The notes under the pieces were generated by a model, which saw only the letters and a list, made by a program, of their open reading frames with translations, had not been told where the DNA came from and searched no databases. 64,000 bases of DNA from contig CM022667.1 of assembly GCA_012295275.1 (NCBI GenBank), positions 19,282,001 to 19,346,000 of the forward strand, in the 5' to 3' direction. The stretch's first letter is position 1. Each line of letters opens with the position of its first letter. The position numbers were made by a program, and so were the translations under genes. The DNA is from Chrysomallon squamiferum (lineage: Eukaryota; Animalia; Mollusca). Shown in pieces: positions 1-19,015 of this stretch.

Positions 1-102
1 AATGTGAGTATGAGAATAAATAAATGTGTAAATCTGCGTGCACGCTCGCACATGCAATCAGACGTAACTCTCTGCCAAAATTATCATTTATTCACGGTTT
101 TT

Positions 103-220
103 AGGATCGATCCACCTCTGAGCTATTTCTCGTTACAACCACTGCTCCGTAGATAGCGTTACAAAAGGCATGATACGTACTGTCTGTTTGCAGTACGCTG
201 TAAATAAAAGTTACCTTTCC
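103..220 (+). mobile_element. Possible degenerate short interspersed repeat fragment
   Basis: The segment ggatcgatcc...gctatttctcgtt...aaaggcatgatacgtactgtc...ataaaagttacc has weak similarity to the reverse complement of ~18040-18110. It resembles my recollection of an abundant gastropod interspersed repeat; not verified. Confidence 0.3.
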
Positions 221-339
221 AGTTTCGTTCTTTCGTTATGTTTGCTTCTTTATTATATGCATTACTGTGGATTAAAAATACGAATTTATATAAAATATAT
301 CTGTTTGTCGTTCATATAAAATTTATTATAAACATTTAT

Positions 340-353
340 ATCATCATCATCAA

Positions 354-444
<91 letters not shown>

Positions 445-445
445 T
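340..445. repeat. Compound (ATC)n/(ATT)n microsatellite
   Basis: Directly visible trinucleotide runs. Confidence 0.95.
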
Positions 446-715
446 TAGCAACAGTAGTAATAGTCTTATTGAACAATTCTGCTTTCTTCGATTTATAATG
501 TGCAAAATATTTTCATTTTGGTTTTCCACTACAAGTTACATATCTACCAGCCTTCTGATATTAAATGAAAATTACAGTAAATAATCACATAAATGTAGAT
601 ATACGAAAAAGTGTATGCAGCAGCTGCCATATTGAAACTGACGTCGGACGCGTACGCCTCAAAAAATTAAACAAACCGGCCGAACGAAGAACTACGAAAC
701 TAGAATGTTGTATTT

Positions 716-1300
716 GTAGTAGTAGTAGTAATGGTGGTGGTAGTAGTAGTAGTAATGGTGGTGGTGGTAGTAGTAGTAGTAGTGGTGGTGGTGGTAGTAG
801 TAGTAGTGGGTAGTAGTAGTAGTAGTGGTGGTGGTGGTGGTAGTAGTAGTAGTAGGTAGTAGTAGTAGTAGTAGTAATGGTAGTAGTAGTGGTGGTAGTA
901 GTAGTAAGTAGTAGCAGGAAGTAGTAGGTAGTGGTAGTAGTAGTAGTAATGTGGTAAGTAGTAAGTAGTAGTGGTGGTAGTAATGGTAGTAGTAGTGGTA
1001 GAAATGGTGGTAGTAGTGGTAGTAGTAGTAGTAATGGTGGTGGTGGTAGTAGTAGTAATAGTGGTAGTAGTAGTAGTAGTTGTAGTAGTAGTGGTAGTAG
1101 TAGTAGTAGTAGTAGTAGTTGTAATGGTGGTGGTGGTAGTAGTAATAGTAGTAGTAGTAATGGTGGTGGTAGTAGTAGTAGTAATGGTGGTGGTGGTGGT
1201 AGTAGTAGTAAGTGGTGGTGGTGGTAGTAGTGGTGGTGGTGGTGGTAGTAGTAGTAGTAGTTGTAGTAGTAGTGGTAGTAGTAATAGTAGTAGTAAGTAA

Positions 1301-1335
<35 letters not shown>

Positions 1336-1674
1336 ATGGTGGTGGTAGTAGTAGTTGTAATGGTGGTGGTGGTAGTAGTGGTAGTAGTAGTGGTAGTAGT
1401 AGTTGTAGTAGTAGTGGTAGTAGTAGTAGTAATAGAAGTAGTAGTAGTAGTAATGGTGGTGGTCAGGTAGTAATAGTAGTAGTAAGTAGTAGTAGTAGTA
1501 ATGGCAGTAATGGTGGTGGTGGTGGTAGTAGTAGTAGTAGAAGTAGTAGTAGTAGTTGTAGTAGTAGTGGTAGTGGTAGTAAGTAGTGGTAGTAGTAGTG
1601 GTAGTAGGTGGTGGTGGTGGTGGTGGTGGTAGTAGTAGTAGTAGTGGGTGGTGGTAGTAGTAGTAGTAGTAGTG

Positions 1675-1707
<33 letters not shown>

Positions 1708-1732
1708 AGTAGTAGTAGTAGTAGTAGTAATG

Positions 1733-1783
<51 letters not shown>

Positions 1784-1935
1784 ATGGTGGTGGTAGTAGT
1801 AGCAGCAGCAGTAGTGGTAGTAGTAGTAAAAGCAGTAGTGGTGGTAGTAACAGTGGTCGTAGTAGTAGCAGAAGAAGAATGAGTAGCAACAGCAACAGCC
1901 ACACCGGCAGTACTAGTGGTAATAGTAATAGCAGT
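716..1935. repeat. ~1.2 kb compound (GTA)n/(GGT)n microsatellite
   Basis: Nearly pure tag/gtg triplet runs with occasional 1-nt slips. It accounts for all overlapping poly-V/S/T/L/Y ORFs. Confidence 0.97.
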
Positions 1936-2650
1936 AATTTGAATAAATATAGTAATAGTCAATATTTTCAAAAATTTAAAGTGCACTTTAAGGTTAGTTT
2001 TTTGTTTGTTTTTTGTTTGTTTGTTTGTTTTTTGTTGGAAGGGTTTTGGAAAGATTTTGGGCCTTTGTTGTTGTTGTTGTTTTAATTCTTTCTTTTTTTC
2101 TATTTCTTTCTTTCATTCTTTTCTTATTATTCATTGATTCGTTTTCTTGTTATTATTATTATTATTTTTTTTTTTTTTTTTTTTTTTTCCGTCTAGCCTA
2201 ATTACTAGGGATAACCATTATAATTTTTCCGAAGGATCACGAACGTAAAGAACGGAAATCTTCGTATGTTTTCGTAAATTTCGCTGATACCAGCTTGTGA
2301 GAAATTTGACTGAAACTAAAATATCGTTCAGGATATGTTTTTAATCATCTGTGCTGTACGGTAATTTTGTTCCCTACGTTTTCAAAATTTCGAGATCTCC
2401 GATTATTGTCGACAGTATCAAAATATCACGTTTTCTTATAAAAAATTCCGAAATATTTATTCCGAACGAAAATAGTCATTTTGTTAATGGCATATTTGAA
2501 AATATATTAATATTTGCTTCTAAGTAAATATTTATTAACAGGTGGTTCCAGTTTTTAATAATAATCGTTGTTATTGATGAGGTTGGATGAAAAGTAGAAA
2601 AGACGATGTTATCATTTTATACATACATACACACATACCTACATACACAC

Positions 2651-2699
<49 letters not shown>

Positions 2700-2763
2700 C
2701 ACACACAAACACATACTCACATTTTTTTCTTCTTTTTCCTTTTAATTTTTTTTTTTAATTATG

Positions 2764-2817
<54 letters not shown>

Positions 2818-3561
2818 GTTATTATAAGCCTAGAAGAGACACTGACAAAGTTATATCAGTACTTACCTCGCTGGAAGCAGGCCGGTGTCAAAAGAGTCGT
2901 CTGCACCTGAGACCCGTTTGGTGCCAGTATTTCAACATCTCGCTTGCCACTCAATCACGAGACCACGCGCAGCCCTCAGGGAGCACGTGCGGAAATCAAT
3001 ACATCTTTACGACCAATCACCAAGTCCCAGACGGAACGCACGGAACACGTTGTCCGGTTTCTGTTCTTTTTCTGGAAAGAAAGGTTTTATGTCAAAAACG
3101 ACGTCATAAAAAAAAAAAGTCTCATTCTCCTGCTTCAGTTTTATCGTCTGTAATTTTCTTCTTCGTTTTGTTAGCAGAAAAATCAATTCTGTACAGCTTT
3201 TGTTAATGAGAGAAATATGTTTTGTTAGTTATTTGTAATAACATGAGAATCCTGAACATCGGCTACATCAGAATACTTGGCCCAGCCAACTCGATATCAC
3301 ATAATGGCCATCATGAAAACGAAATTGCTATTACCTCCAAATCTTTCTCAAATCAATGCCGATCGCCTTGGAAATTGATACGGCTTAAGTAATCATATGT
3401 TCTGTAAGCTTATACTGTACAGTGTATATTTGATAGACTGAAAGAATTTAAATAGCCTCTGATCTTACGAATGATAGACCACAGGATCAACCCTTCTCTG
3501 TGCTCCTAAAGTACAAATTTCCCTGGCCGCCAATGCTTTATTAAAAATTTTGGTATGTTTT

Positions 3562-3765
3562 CTACTGCTACTACTACTACTACTATACTGTTATTACTAT
3601 TACTACTACTACTATACTGTTATTACTATTACTACTACTACTATACTGTTATTACTATTACTACTACTACTATACTGTTATTACTATTACTACTACTACT
3701 ATACTGTTATTACTATTACTACTACTACTATACTGTTATTACTATTACTACTACTACTACTACTA
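3562..3765. repeat. 29-bp minisatellite (tactactactactatactgttattactat) x6
   Basis: The marker G of atactg recurs at 3590, 3619, 3648, 3677, 3706 and 3735, an exact 29-bp period. Confidence 0.95.
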
Positions 3766-5138
3766 GCATTGCCATTACTCTACCATAAACATTACTACTA
3801 TTACTACTACTGTTATTACTATTACTACTACTGCTAGTACTGCTACTATTATTATTATTACTACATTAGTGTTACTACTACAACTACTACCACTACCACT
3901 GTCATTACCAATACATAAGCATTACTACTACTATTACGAACAAAAGTATGACCACTACTAGTGATACTAATGCTTATGATATTGTTTCACCATCACTACC
4001 AATATTACTAATATTGACAAAACCATCACTACTGCTACAACAACAACTAGTACAACAATTACGTCACCACAGTACTACTACTACTACAATTACGTCACCA
4101 CAGTATTACTACTACAATTACGTTACCACCAGTACTACTACTACTATTACAATTACAATAATTACTTATATTACCTTTACATTAATTGTTCCTATTACAA
4201 TTGCTTCCACTACCACTAGAATTACAATTATTGCTACCAACACTACTACTATTACTACCAGTAATTATCACAAACATTTAATGTACTTATTTTCTAAATA
4301 TGTAAATTAGTCATTCAACATTCATTCTTATTTTCTTCTTCTTCTTCTTCTTCTTCATCTTCTTTTTTTCCATTTGAATGGATTTAATTTTATTTTAAAT
4401 AATAAGTTGAAATGTAAAATGAGTGAAATACATGAAGAGTTTTAAAACAAAGGTTAACACATCCATTGGCCCTTTCTTTAAGAGAAGAAAAAAAAACCAA
4501 AAAAAAAAAAACCTATCATGGTGCTTGTGGGGTTTGAAATAAAGATACAGACCACTTATTCGTGCTTTACTGAAACCTAGAAACTGGATGATATTTTACT
4601 GGAGATAAATTATTTAAAAAAAAAAAAAAAAAAAAAAAACATTTTGTAATTTTTAGATTTTGTGATAACGGTCTTCGCTTAGAATGCTATGGAAGTCTGA
4701 ACAAGTTACAAGACACGTGCACACTGCGTGCAGAACGTGGTTGCTTTGGAAAAGACGTGGAAACCGCTTCTGCAGTCGTTGTTTGGCGTTCTTGTCCGCA
4801 TTTCACATGTTCTCGCCTGGCTACATCGTCTTCAGCAATCTCGTTAAGATCAAAGACGTTCAGCTTATGTTTCGCTTTTGTTCGTAATATAGTCTGATAA
4901 GAACTAAACCTAATGAATCCTATTATCGTTAAGTGTTGTTTGATATAATATTGTATTATCACGTCTGCAGACATCTTTTTATTATCTGTCACTGACCTAT
5001 TTTATATATATATATATATATTATTTTTGTACAGAGTTCTATAACGAAATGAAATAAAAACAATAACTTGTTTTCTGTTCTTTTTGTTTTATTAATTTTG
5101 TTTTTGCACATATGTCTATGTGTGTATATGAGTATGTG

Positions 5139-5191
<53 letters not shown>

Positions 5192-5534
5192 GTTTAACTC
5201 TTAAGGGAGGGGGTGTGTTTGTTGTTTTTCTGTTGTTGTTTTTTTTTCTGTTTTTTTTTTTTTGGTTGTTATTTTGCTTTTTGGGTTTTTTTTTTTTTAT
5301 TTCTTTGTTTCGTTCTTTTTATTTTCTGTTTTTTCACCTTTTTGTGAAACTGTACAGTTGTAAATCGTTTTCTGTATACATTGTTCTTTTACTTTTGAAA
5401 AAATGGACGCGCCAATGCGCAGAAAGATCTACACATGATCAACCGACAATGAAAGCAACTACTGATGTGAAAACGATACATATTATAGAAACTGTTATAA
5501 ACAGTAGAAGACTAGAATTTCACAGTGGTTTTGA

Positions 5535-5546
5535 TGGTAGTAGTGA

Positions 5547-5587
<41 letters not shown>

Positions 5588-5687
5588 ATCGTAATAGTAG
5601 TAGTAATAGTAGTAATGGTTGCTTAAGCAGAATAAATAGCTGTTGACGAAGTTATAATATTAGCAGATATGTAATATTTTAGTAGTG

Positions 5688-5736
<49 letters not shown>

Positions 5737-5955
5737 CAGTAGTAGTAGTAAAAACAGTAAAAGTAACAGCCGCATTAATAGTAACATCGCTACTAGAAAG
5801 AAACAGTAAAAGTAGAAGTAATAGTAGTTGTAGTAGTAGCGGCAATAGCGGTAGCAGTAGTAACTGTAGTAGGGGCATTAGTAGTAATCGTAATAGTAGT
5901 AGTAGTAATGGTAGCATCTGTTGACGAAGTTATAATATTAGCAGATATTTAATAT
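5535..5955. repeat. (GTA)n-rich low-complexity tract with an internal direct repeat
   Basis: ctgttgacgaagttataatattagcagatat occurs at ~5640 and ~5918, each preceded by agtaatcgtaatagtagtagt. Confidence 0.85.
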
Positions 5956-6350
5956 TGACGTAGTTGTAGATGTAGTAATTACGTTGTGGCATCAGTAGTA
6001 ACAGAATACGTTACTAGTTGTTTTGTTGTAACAGATGACGTAGTAGCAGTAAATAACAGCAGCAGTAAATACACAGTTATAGTAACTGTTTTGTCTATCA
6101 GTGATCGGCCTTGAGGTTGGTGGAAATGTTAATGAGTGAACTTGTTTGCTGGTTCTTCCCAGTGTCACGTCATTACCAGAAGTAAACACCGGACATTCTT
6201 TGTGTTTTAATTTTCCTTTGATTTACCTGTGACTACAGTTCAACGACCTCCGTGGCCTGAAGGTAAACCATACAGGTGCAGCAAACAATTCAGTAGTGAA
6301 ATCAGGTGGAATTTTCATTTAACTGAATTACATTCTTTATCCTGGAAAAG

Positions 6351-6421
<71 letters not shown>

Positions 6422-6476
6422 AATAAACACCATCATTATCTGCATTTATTTGCTTCACCTTCCTTGAATTTGTGAA

Positions 6477-6650
6477 TGACGTCATACAGAAACGACGTCG
6501 GCGATGTGGACAGGCTGAGTGATGCTGTGGTATTTTAACTATAGTGCATTAACGTGATTGACTTATTATTGTTTAAATTAAACATTCTGTATGTTATTGA
6601 GGGATTGTTCAATGTATTGCATTATCTTATTTTCTTTAAACAGTTTAAAT

Positions 6651-6686
<36 letters not shown>

Positions 6687-7615
6687 TAATCTTTTTAAAT
6701 CTTTTTATGCTTGAGGCAGAGTGACATTTTGGTGAATCAATCATATTGCGACGTTTAGTGTTTCCCTTTCTGAACTAATATATTCTTTTGTATTTTATTT
6801 TAAATTATTATGTTCATGCTTTAGTACTACAGCTGCACCGTAAACGAATGTTCACTTGTCATAAATAAAATAATTTTGTTTTTGTGACAAATAAAGTGGT
6901 TTGTGAACGATACGTTCCGATATTAAAAGACAGTTATGATAATGTATTTACATTAAACTTGTTTACGCTGAATTATCACAGTTAAATGCGTCTGCTTTTA
7001 AATTACGCTATCGCGATAATTATTATGTGACGTCAAGATGAAATCCGGACACTACCTCGATGTTAAAATAACATTACATCGAAAACATTAGCAAATTTTA
7101 TCTTTCAAATAACAAGAAAAACAACACTAGAATATTTGTTTGATACTGTTGGTTACCAATCAACCAATCAAAACGATAGATACAGAACATGGCTAAACCG
7201 CCGAACACGATGTGCCTGCGGCGGTTTGCAGGAGGCTCCTTGCGAACTGTTGTCGTCATTATTGGATTTGTGTTATCTAGTCGTGTGCGGTGGATTTCAG
7301 CAGTATTAACATCGCATGGATATCGTGCCCACTACCATTTTATGATTTCACAGCACTGCTATCTGAGCATCGGGCAGATCATTCCGTACAAAGCGATTTC
7401 CCACGAGGTTTTATTAAATGATTTCTGGTTGCTAACAGGGCATTTGCACCTAAAACACCTGAAAACATGACAAAAATTGCATTATCTGCCCTTGTCCAAT
7501 CTTGCTACCACGAATTTGCAGTGTCTTAGTCGTGTGTCTATAATAACAGTGTCTTAATTACAGAAATATAATGTAGAGGAAAATGATTTTAGTTATTCGA
7601 GATAATATGACGTCA
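6477..7615. promoter_or_regulatory. Three perfect CRE (TGACGTCA) palindromes upstream of dysbindin
   Basis: TGACGTCA at 6477-6484, 7028-7035 and 7608-7615. Function is inferred only. Confidence 0.35.
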
Positions 7616-7685
7616 CAAAAAAACCAAGAGAAAGAAAGGAAAAAAATATATAACAAAATAAAATAAAATAAAATAAAATAAAAAA

Positions 7686-7716
<31 letters not shown>

Positions 7717-8153
7717 TAAATGCAGCCAACATATTTATTTTGTTTATTATTTTAATCTTGGTTTCATATAATTAGCATATAATATTTAACAGATGGAGAT
7801 TTAAAACAGCTGCTCATCACAATGAAGAAAAGGGAATGACAAACATTATTATATCTGACAGACATAATTTTATTGTTATTAATGGTTATTGTTTACGAAG
7901 GCTAAATAAATGTATAAGTAATCATATTTCTGTCTGTGATTTAGTTAATTTCGAAGTGGAAAATAAACAAAAACAGCTGAATATATTTTGTTAACAATTT
8001 CAGACAGTGGTGGAGGAAAACTATCACAGAAGATGTCACATGATGGTCATGTGCTTCAAAAAAATGGTGCACAAACTTGTTTGACATTTCCGAGTTTGAT
8101 ACGAAAACACAAATAATTTGTATTATTTGAGGAAAAATAAATTTCTATTCATA

Positions 8154-12952
<4,799 letters not shown>

Positions 12953-15539
12953 TGTGAGAGGAAATCAGAGCAGGATTAGAAAATGAGAAATCATTTAGTT
13001 AACCATTTGTCTTTCCAATTGATGACAAAAATATTAATCTTCAATCCAAAATTATAAAGTTTAGTCAGACTGTATATTTATTGACTGTCTCCCTTTTTCT
13101 TGTTCTTTTCTTGGTATTTAATTTTGTAAAATCTCAAAAGTTTTCCATCGGATGACTGCTTTGTGTAAAATTTTGTTTTCCTTTTTGTGCCTTAACATAA
13201 TTTTGTTGGTTGACAAAAGTTTATTGTTAATGTTTCTGAGTTTGTTTGGTGGGATTATTCACTGGAAGGACATTACTTCCATCATGATATTTTTCTTCTT
13301 TCGAGACTGAGAACAAAATGATATTATATGTATATAAATGCTGTACATGTAGTACATAAATAATTATATATAAATACTTTGTATATTATATTTGTATGTC
13401 AGTTTCATAAAAATAAATAATAATAATAAATAAAATTTATTTATAATAATGTATAATATTACATTAAATTATTCTATTGCAAAACATAAACCACCTGTTG
13501 CTTGCCTTAATAATTGTTATGTGTTGAATTTCACAAATTTCATTCTGATTTGTTCAGTTAATTAATCAGTTAGATTTAAAAAAAAAAAAAAAAAATTTCT
13601 TAAGCACTGAAAAGTATTTTAGTTATTACAAAATAATGTAAACTGTATTAAATTGTTGATCAGATTTCCAGAACAGTTGATTGTTTCTATCTATTACATT
13701 ACATACATTTTTGCAACTAGTTTATACTTCAGAATTAGAAAAAGACAAAAACATTAATATATTTTTTTTAAAGAGAACATTTTAATTTAGTTGGTATGAT
13801 TATGAGTTAAGATTATAAAGAAACTTAACAGTGTGTGTGTGTGCGCATGGTATTTTAATCAAGCTATATTTATTTCTAAGAATTTCAATCTGGACGTTTA
13901 CAGATATGCACACAGTGCTATTTGAAATTTGTTACCGCTAGAATGATCTCAAATGATATCAAAGTAAAAATCATTTTGTTAAATTCAAAAATATTTTTAT
14001 ATGTTATGAAATGAATAAATAATTCAGGGTTTCTTTTTGTGTTTTTCATCATTTATTATTAGTGTACATGATTCATTCTGATTTTCTTTAAATAAAACAA
14101 AAATCAACATAACAAACCACATATAATTCTGTATAAAGTATTCAAATACAAAACTTGTTTAATCGGGCCTGTAATTTGTAATGTGTTCAGTATGACAAAT
14201 TGTTATCAGTGCTTGAAAAACAAAACAAATTTTAAATTTAAATTAAGTACAACAGCTTTTTAAAATAATAATTTAAACACCTAATGATCCTGTTAAAATA
14301 CATTCACAACAAGTTAATGAATATTTTTTAAATTTTTCAGCACATTTGCTATTTTTAAGTTTTATTTATGTTGTTTCATACCACTTTTAGTAATATACGA
14401 ATGGCCAAAATACATTTTGTATGCTCTAATGTCCATTTTTGTTTTCTAAACAGTTTTTTATTACTTTTTATTACTTTAAAGGATGGCATAAATTAAGCAT
14501 GTATTGTATTATTTTTGCCAGTAGAAATGGAGAAAATAAACTAAGTATACTGATGTTTTCGACCAGGAAGGTATTTTCTCACATTTCTATTACAAAATTA
14601 CATAAAAAGCTTGTCATTCTTACATATAATTCAGTATTTAGATTATTATTTAAGTAAAGGATAAATTCACAATACTTTATTTTATCATTCAGCGCTACTA
14701 CACAATTAAAAGTCATGATGAACATTATTTATTTAATCTTCATATTTTGACTACAAATGTACAATGCAGGCCTGAACAACATAACTAATCAATTAACTTA
14801 CGCTAGGTGTATAAAATAATATGAAAGACTTTGAGAAATTTTTAAATATTATATAAGCATATATAATTCTAAATACTATAAAATACTAGTATATTACATT
14901 AACAGTATATTAATGATAATTATTGTTATATAGTTTATAATAAAATATAAACAATTCATTTAGTTTATTTAATGTTGTTTTCGTACTTTAACCATTTAAA
15001 CTACAGAGTGGCTAGATTTCCAGTTGCCACTCTTCTGAAGTGTTTGATTCCAGTTAATTCTATCTTTTAATTTTTTCAATTTTTAATAATGAATGGAACA
15101 TCATGATGATTTTTGCTGTCATCTGAACAAATAAAAATTGCTGATATTCTGCTCTGCATGGACATTTTTTTCTATATGTTAGCATTTTCAATGATGAGCA
15201 ATTTCTTCATTCTGATGAAGCATTGAATATAATTCTGTCTGTGTGAGCTGATTATAAAAATTATAATGAAATCACTTTCAGTATCACAGAAACAACATAT
15301 TAAACATTCTAAAGGTTCGTTATTACTATGAAATATCAATAATTTATAATTCACTGATTTATTTTTCCAAATTATTTTTGATTATCATGATAATTAGTTA
15401 TTTGTTCTGTCTCTCATAACAGTGTTTCTATGCAACAGCTGGTATAAATCTTGCCACATTGACCATGTATTTTAATTTTGTATCAAAATAAAAAAGGTAT
15501 GTATTTATCTATAAACACCAGAAAACATTTTCACGACCA

Positions 15540-16184
15540 TCAAGACCACAAGTCTTCGGAGATTCGAGAGTACATACTAAAAGAGCGAAGTTTGAGCCAG
15601 AGAAAACCAAACATGTTTTCATTGAACACCACCCAATGCCCTGGGGTCAAACTGGGGTCACTGAACCCATGACCAGCTATCTGACCTTTGGCATGGAATC
15701 TGAAATGACAGGTAACGTTCATATTAATTAAATTATGGAAACAAGGTAGTAATCTCTTATATTAATTACTTGATATCATTAACATACAAGCAGACACAGA
15801 CTGATTTCACTGTTTACCTGGCTCGGCAAGTTCTAGGTGCGTTCTGAAATCTATCCAAACAGTCAGCGGGTACAACAAAAGGCTGCTGTCGTAGCTGCTG
15901 TATATCGGTGTCTGGTGGAAGTTCTGGAATGTCTATTTGCTCCAACAAGTGGACGCTGTGTTGCTGTTCGTCTGTCAGCATGATGGGCTGAGCAAGGTCA
16001 ACCTGAAAACTGACCTGTGTCGCTGGGACATTCGGGTCTCCCTGAACAAACACACAAACATTCTTCAGTACACCATAACAACACCAGCAAAAATTACACA
16101 CAGTTCTAAAATACAAGTGTGTATAACCATACCTTTTATCCAACCTTTCTGTTTATTAGATATTAAACCAACACTATTCACTGG

Positions 16185-16219
<35 letters not shown>

Positions 16220-18966
16220 TGAAGATAGAGGGAGAAAGAGAGACAAAGTAAGAGCAGATAGACAGACAGACAGACAGAAAGATAGATGTTCATAATCTAT
16301 CACAAGTATAAATATAAAGTTCTGACATTATTTTGTACATTTGAGTACGTGTATTGTTCTGCATGTGTTCCACCCATTATTTTGTACATATGTCTGTATA
16401 CCATGTGCTTGTTGTATAGTTTTATAATTCTTGAAAAATTTAATGTAACAAAATTACTGTTATTTTGATTCCTTTCACACCCTTGCCATCGTCGCTGTAC
16501 TTGAGCTGAATAATCTCGATTCCGTGACCTCCGTACGTGCCCTTGAACAGACCTGGTTCAATGACAGCAGAACAGTGAGGTGACCTCGTGATTCGGGTCA
16601 TCGGATAATTACATCTGTAAATGTCTAAACATCTTAGTGTTTATACATAAATACACATACATGTGTACATACATACAGAAATATTTATACATCTATACAT
16701 GCATTTACAAAATACATAAAGAAAAAGAAAGAAAGAAAAATTAATTAATTAATTAATGAAGCAAAATGAAATGAAACAAACGAATAAAATAAAAATATAT
16801 ATATAAAAATAAAAACAAAATAAAATAAAAATAAAATATTATAAATTTAAAAATTTAAAAATATAAAAAATAAAATAAAATAAAATAAAATAAAATAAAA
16901 TAAAATAAAATAATTAATATAATTATTAAAAAAAGAAACAGACAAATTTAGAATATCAGAACATTTAAGGAAAAACTTACTTAACTGAGGTAACAATAAT
17001 GAGTGAATAGACAAATAAATTAATTCTAACTGATCTTCTTCAGCCTAAGTGAGTTTGATATGAGATATTTTATGTATTAAACCAGGTTATCACAACACAA
17101 GATTGTGTATTTCACCGTACTAAGTTTTACTGTTTCACCCGGAATTGTTAAGTGAGAGATTTACCCTAACTGGGTTGTTGTGAGGAATTTCATGAGCAGA
17201 AGTTCTTGCCCATGGATAAAGAATTCATCAGGAGGTCTGCCAGTCTCTTCAATCAGCCACTCTTCAAACTCCTGCACAAACAAACAAAGAAAAAACTTTA
17301 TTTGCCTGACATTTTGTGCATAGTTGTCAACTACACAGCTGAAAATTAATTTAAAAAACAGTACGGCAAACAGTCATATTCATTTTCTTTATAAATTACC
17401 TGTAACTGTGTAGCAATTAAAACTGAACATTCAAATATCTGATTAAATATGATCAGTGGAGATTATAAAAATAATTTTTAGACTGAACAATTATGATTTT
17501 TAGATTTTTTCTAAACTGTTATCTTACTGTTGTATTTTTATTTGGCTTAAAAAAATGTGTCTGAATGTGTGATTTGTGATTACTGTTTATCTGAATTCAA
17601 TGAGTAAAACTATACATATATATATTTTCACTTTTATTTATTTATTTATTTTATTTGTTTTTTTGTTTTTTTATTTATGCCAAAATTTTTTGATGCTTAC
17701 TATTTTATGCCAACTGAAATATTTATACTGGTCTAACAAAGAAATGCACTTTTAAAAGATTTAGTATTTTATCAACACTTTACCCACCCTTTGTTTTCCT
17801 TGTGGGTGCTGATGGTGTTCAGTCTCTACACACCTAAACAACAGTCTGTCATCTTTGTCCTGAAAAGAAACCAGTAAAAACAATTCTAGAACAAAGTAAC
17901 TGTTGTCTGGGCATTCATCTTAAAGTTTAAAATATTATGGCTAAGAATATTTACTGTCAAAAATTATCAAGTATCTTAAATAAATTTCTGTAATGACTTG
18001 AGAAAAGGATATCTGCTGTTTCTATGCTATGGATTTCTAGTCAGTTAGTTGCTAGGGTTATTTTATATGCACCTTTACATATGCAGGACAGTACATTCCA
18101 AGACCTTCCAATAACGTGTCCACAAAACACCCAGTCAAAACACACTGACCTAGGGCTGCATTTTAACAATGAGCTAGAATATGTTATAAGCTAACAGTGT
18201 TATTTTTAACATCTGAAGACTATGTATAAACAATTGTACCTCAATATATCAAATACATAAATCATAATAAAATTTATTAGCTGTTTTCTCAAAAAATGTT
18301 GTCATTATTCCTTCCACGTGTAATTTGAAAAGAAAATCAGAATGCACAATTCTCTAAATTCCAGCTAACGAAGCATGTGTGATTACTATCCACAAATTAA
18401 GTTCACAGTGTTGTCAGATGTTACAAATTTATCTTACCCACTGAAGAATTCCTTTATGTGGCTCACTGTAACCTTTATGACAGAAGATTTCCACATCCTC
18501 CTGATCCTGAGTGAACTGAATGGTAAACAGAGTTTTAACACGAAGTGGGTCAGTCACACCAGGAGCCACAGGTGCCAGGTACTCTCTTCCAATTATCCTC
18601 CCCTCATCAAACTGCAACAGCAACAACAACAATGACAATAATAACAAAAACAATAACAGTCAAAATATTAAAAATGAAAGTAGTAAGCTAAGTAACAGAA
18701 GTAGAAATTATAGTAGTTAGAGTAACAATAGTTGCTGTTGTTGTATTAGTAGAAGTGATAATTGTTGTGTAGTGGTAGTGATAGTAGCAGCAGCAGAAGC
18801 AGGAGCATGAGAACTAATAGTAGAAGCAATTATATTAAAAGTAATTATATTAAAAGTAATAATAAAATAAAAAGACATATTTTTGAAAAATTCAGAAACT
18901 CACATACATAAATGTGATAAAACTTATCAATCAATAAAAAAAAAAAATAATAATAATAACAATAAC

Positions 18967-19015
<49 letters not shown>

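Larger units (their letters stand above)
2867..6341 (-). other. Putative spliced exons (6227-6341 and 2867-3071) of an unidentified minus-strand transcript (5' leader, lncRNA or micropeptide)
   Basis: Both blocks are GC-richer than their flanks and bounded by canonical sites on the minus strand. 6227-6341 has (CT)n-ttttccag acceptor and CAG|gtaaat donor. 2867-3071 has ctttctttccag acceptor and GAG|gtaagt donor. No recognisable protein. Confidence 0.4.

Noticed and set aside
716-1800. (GGT)n G-quadruplex potential
   Set aside because: A generic property of the microsatellite; nothing indicates function.
238-2085. Long ORFs (up to 439 aa) rich in T/L/Y/V/S/H
   Set aside because: Translations of trinucleotide microsatellites, open in several frames on both strands, with no splice or domain evidence.
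2867-3071. Frame with two in-frame TGA codons, including CCC-TGA (selenoprotein or antizyme-type frameshift)
   Set aside because: No similarity to antizyme or selenoprotein families, no SECIS seen, and no start or phase support.
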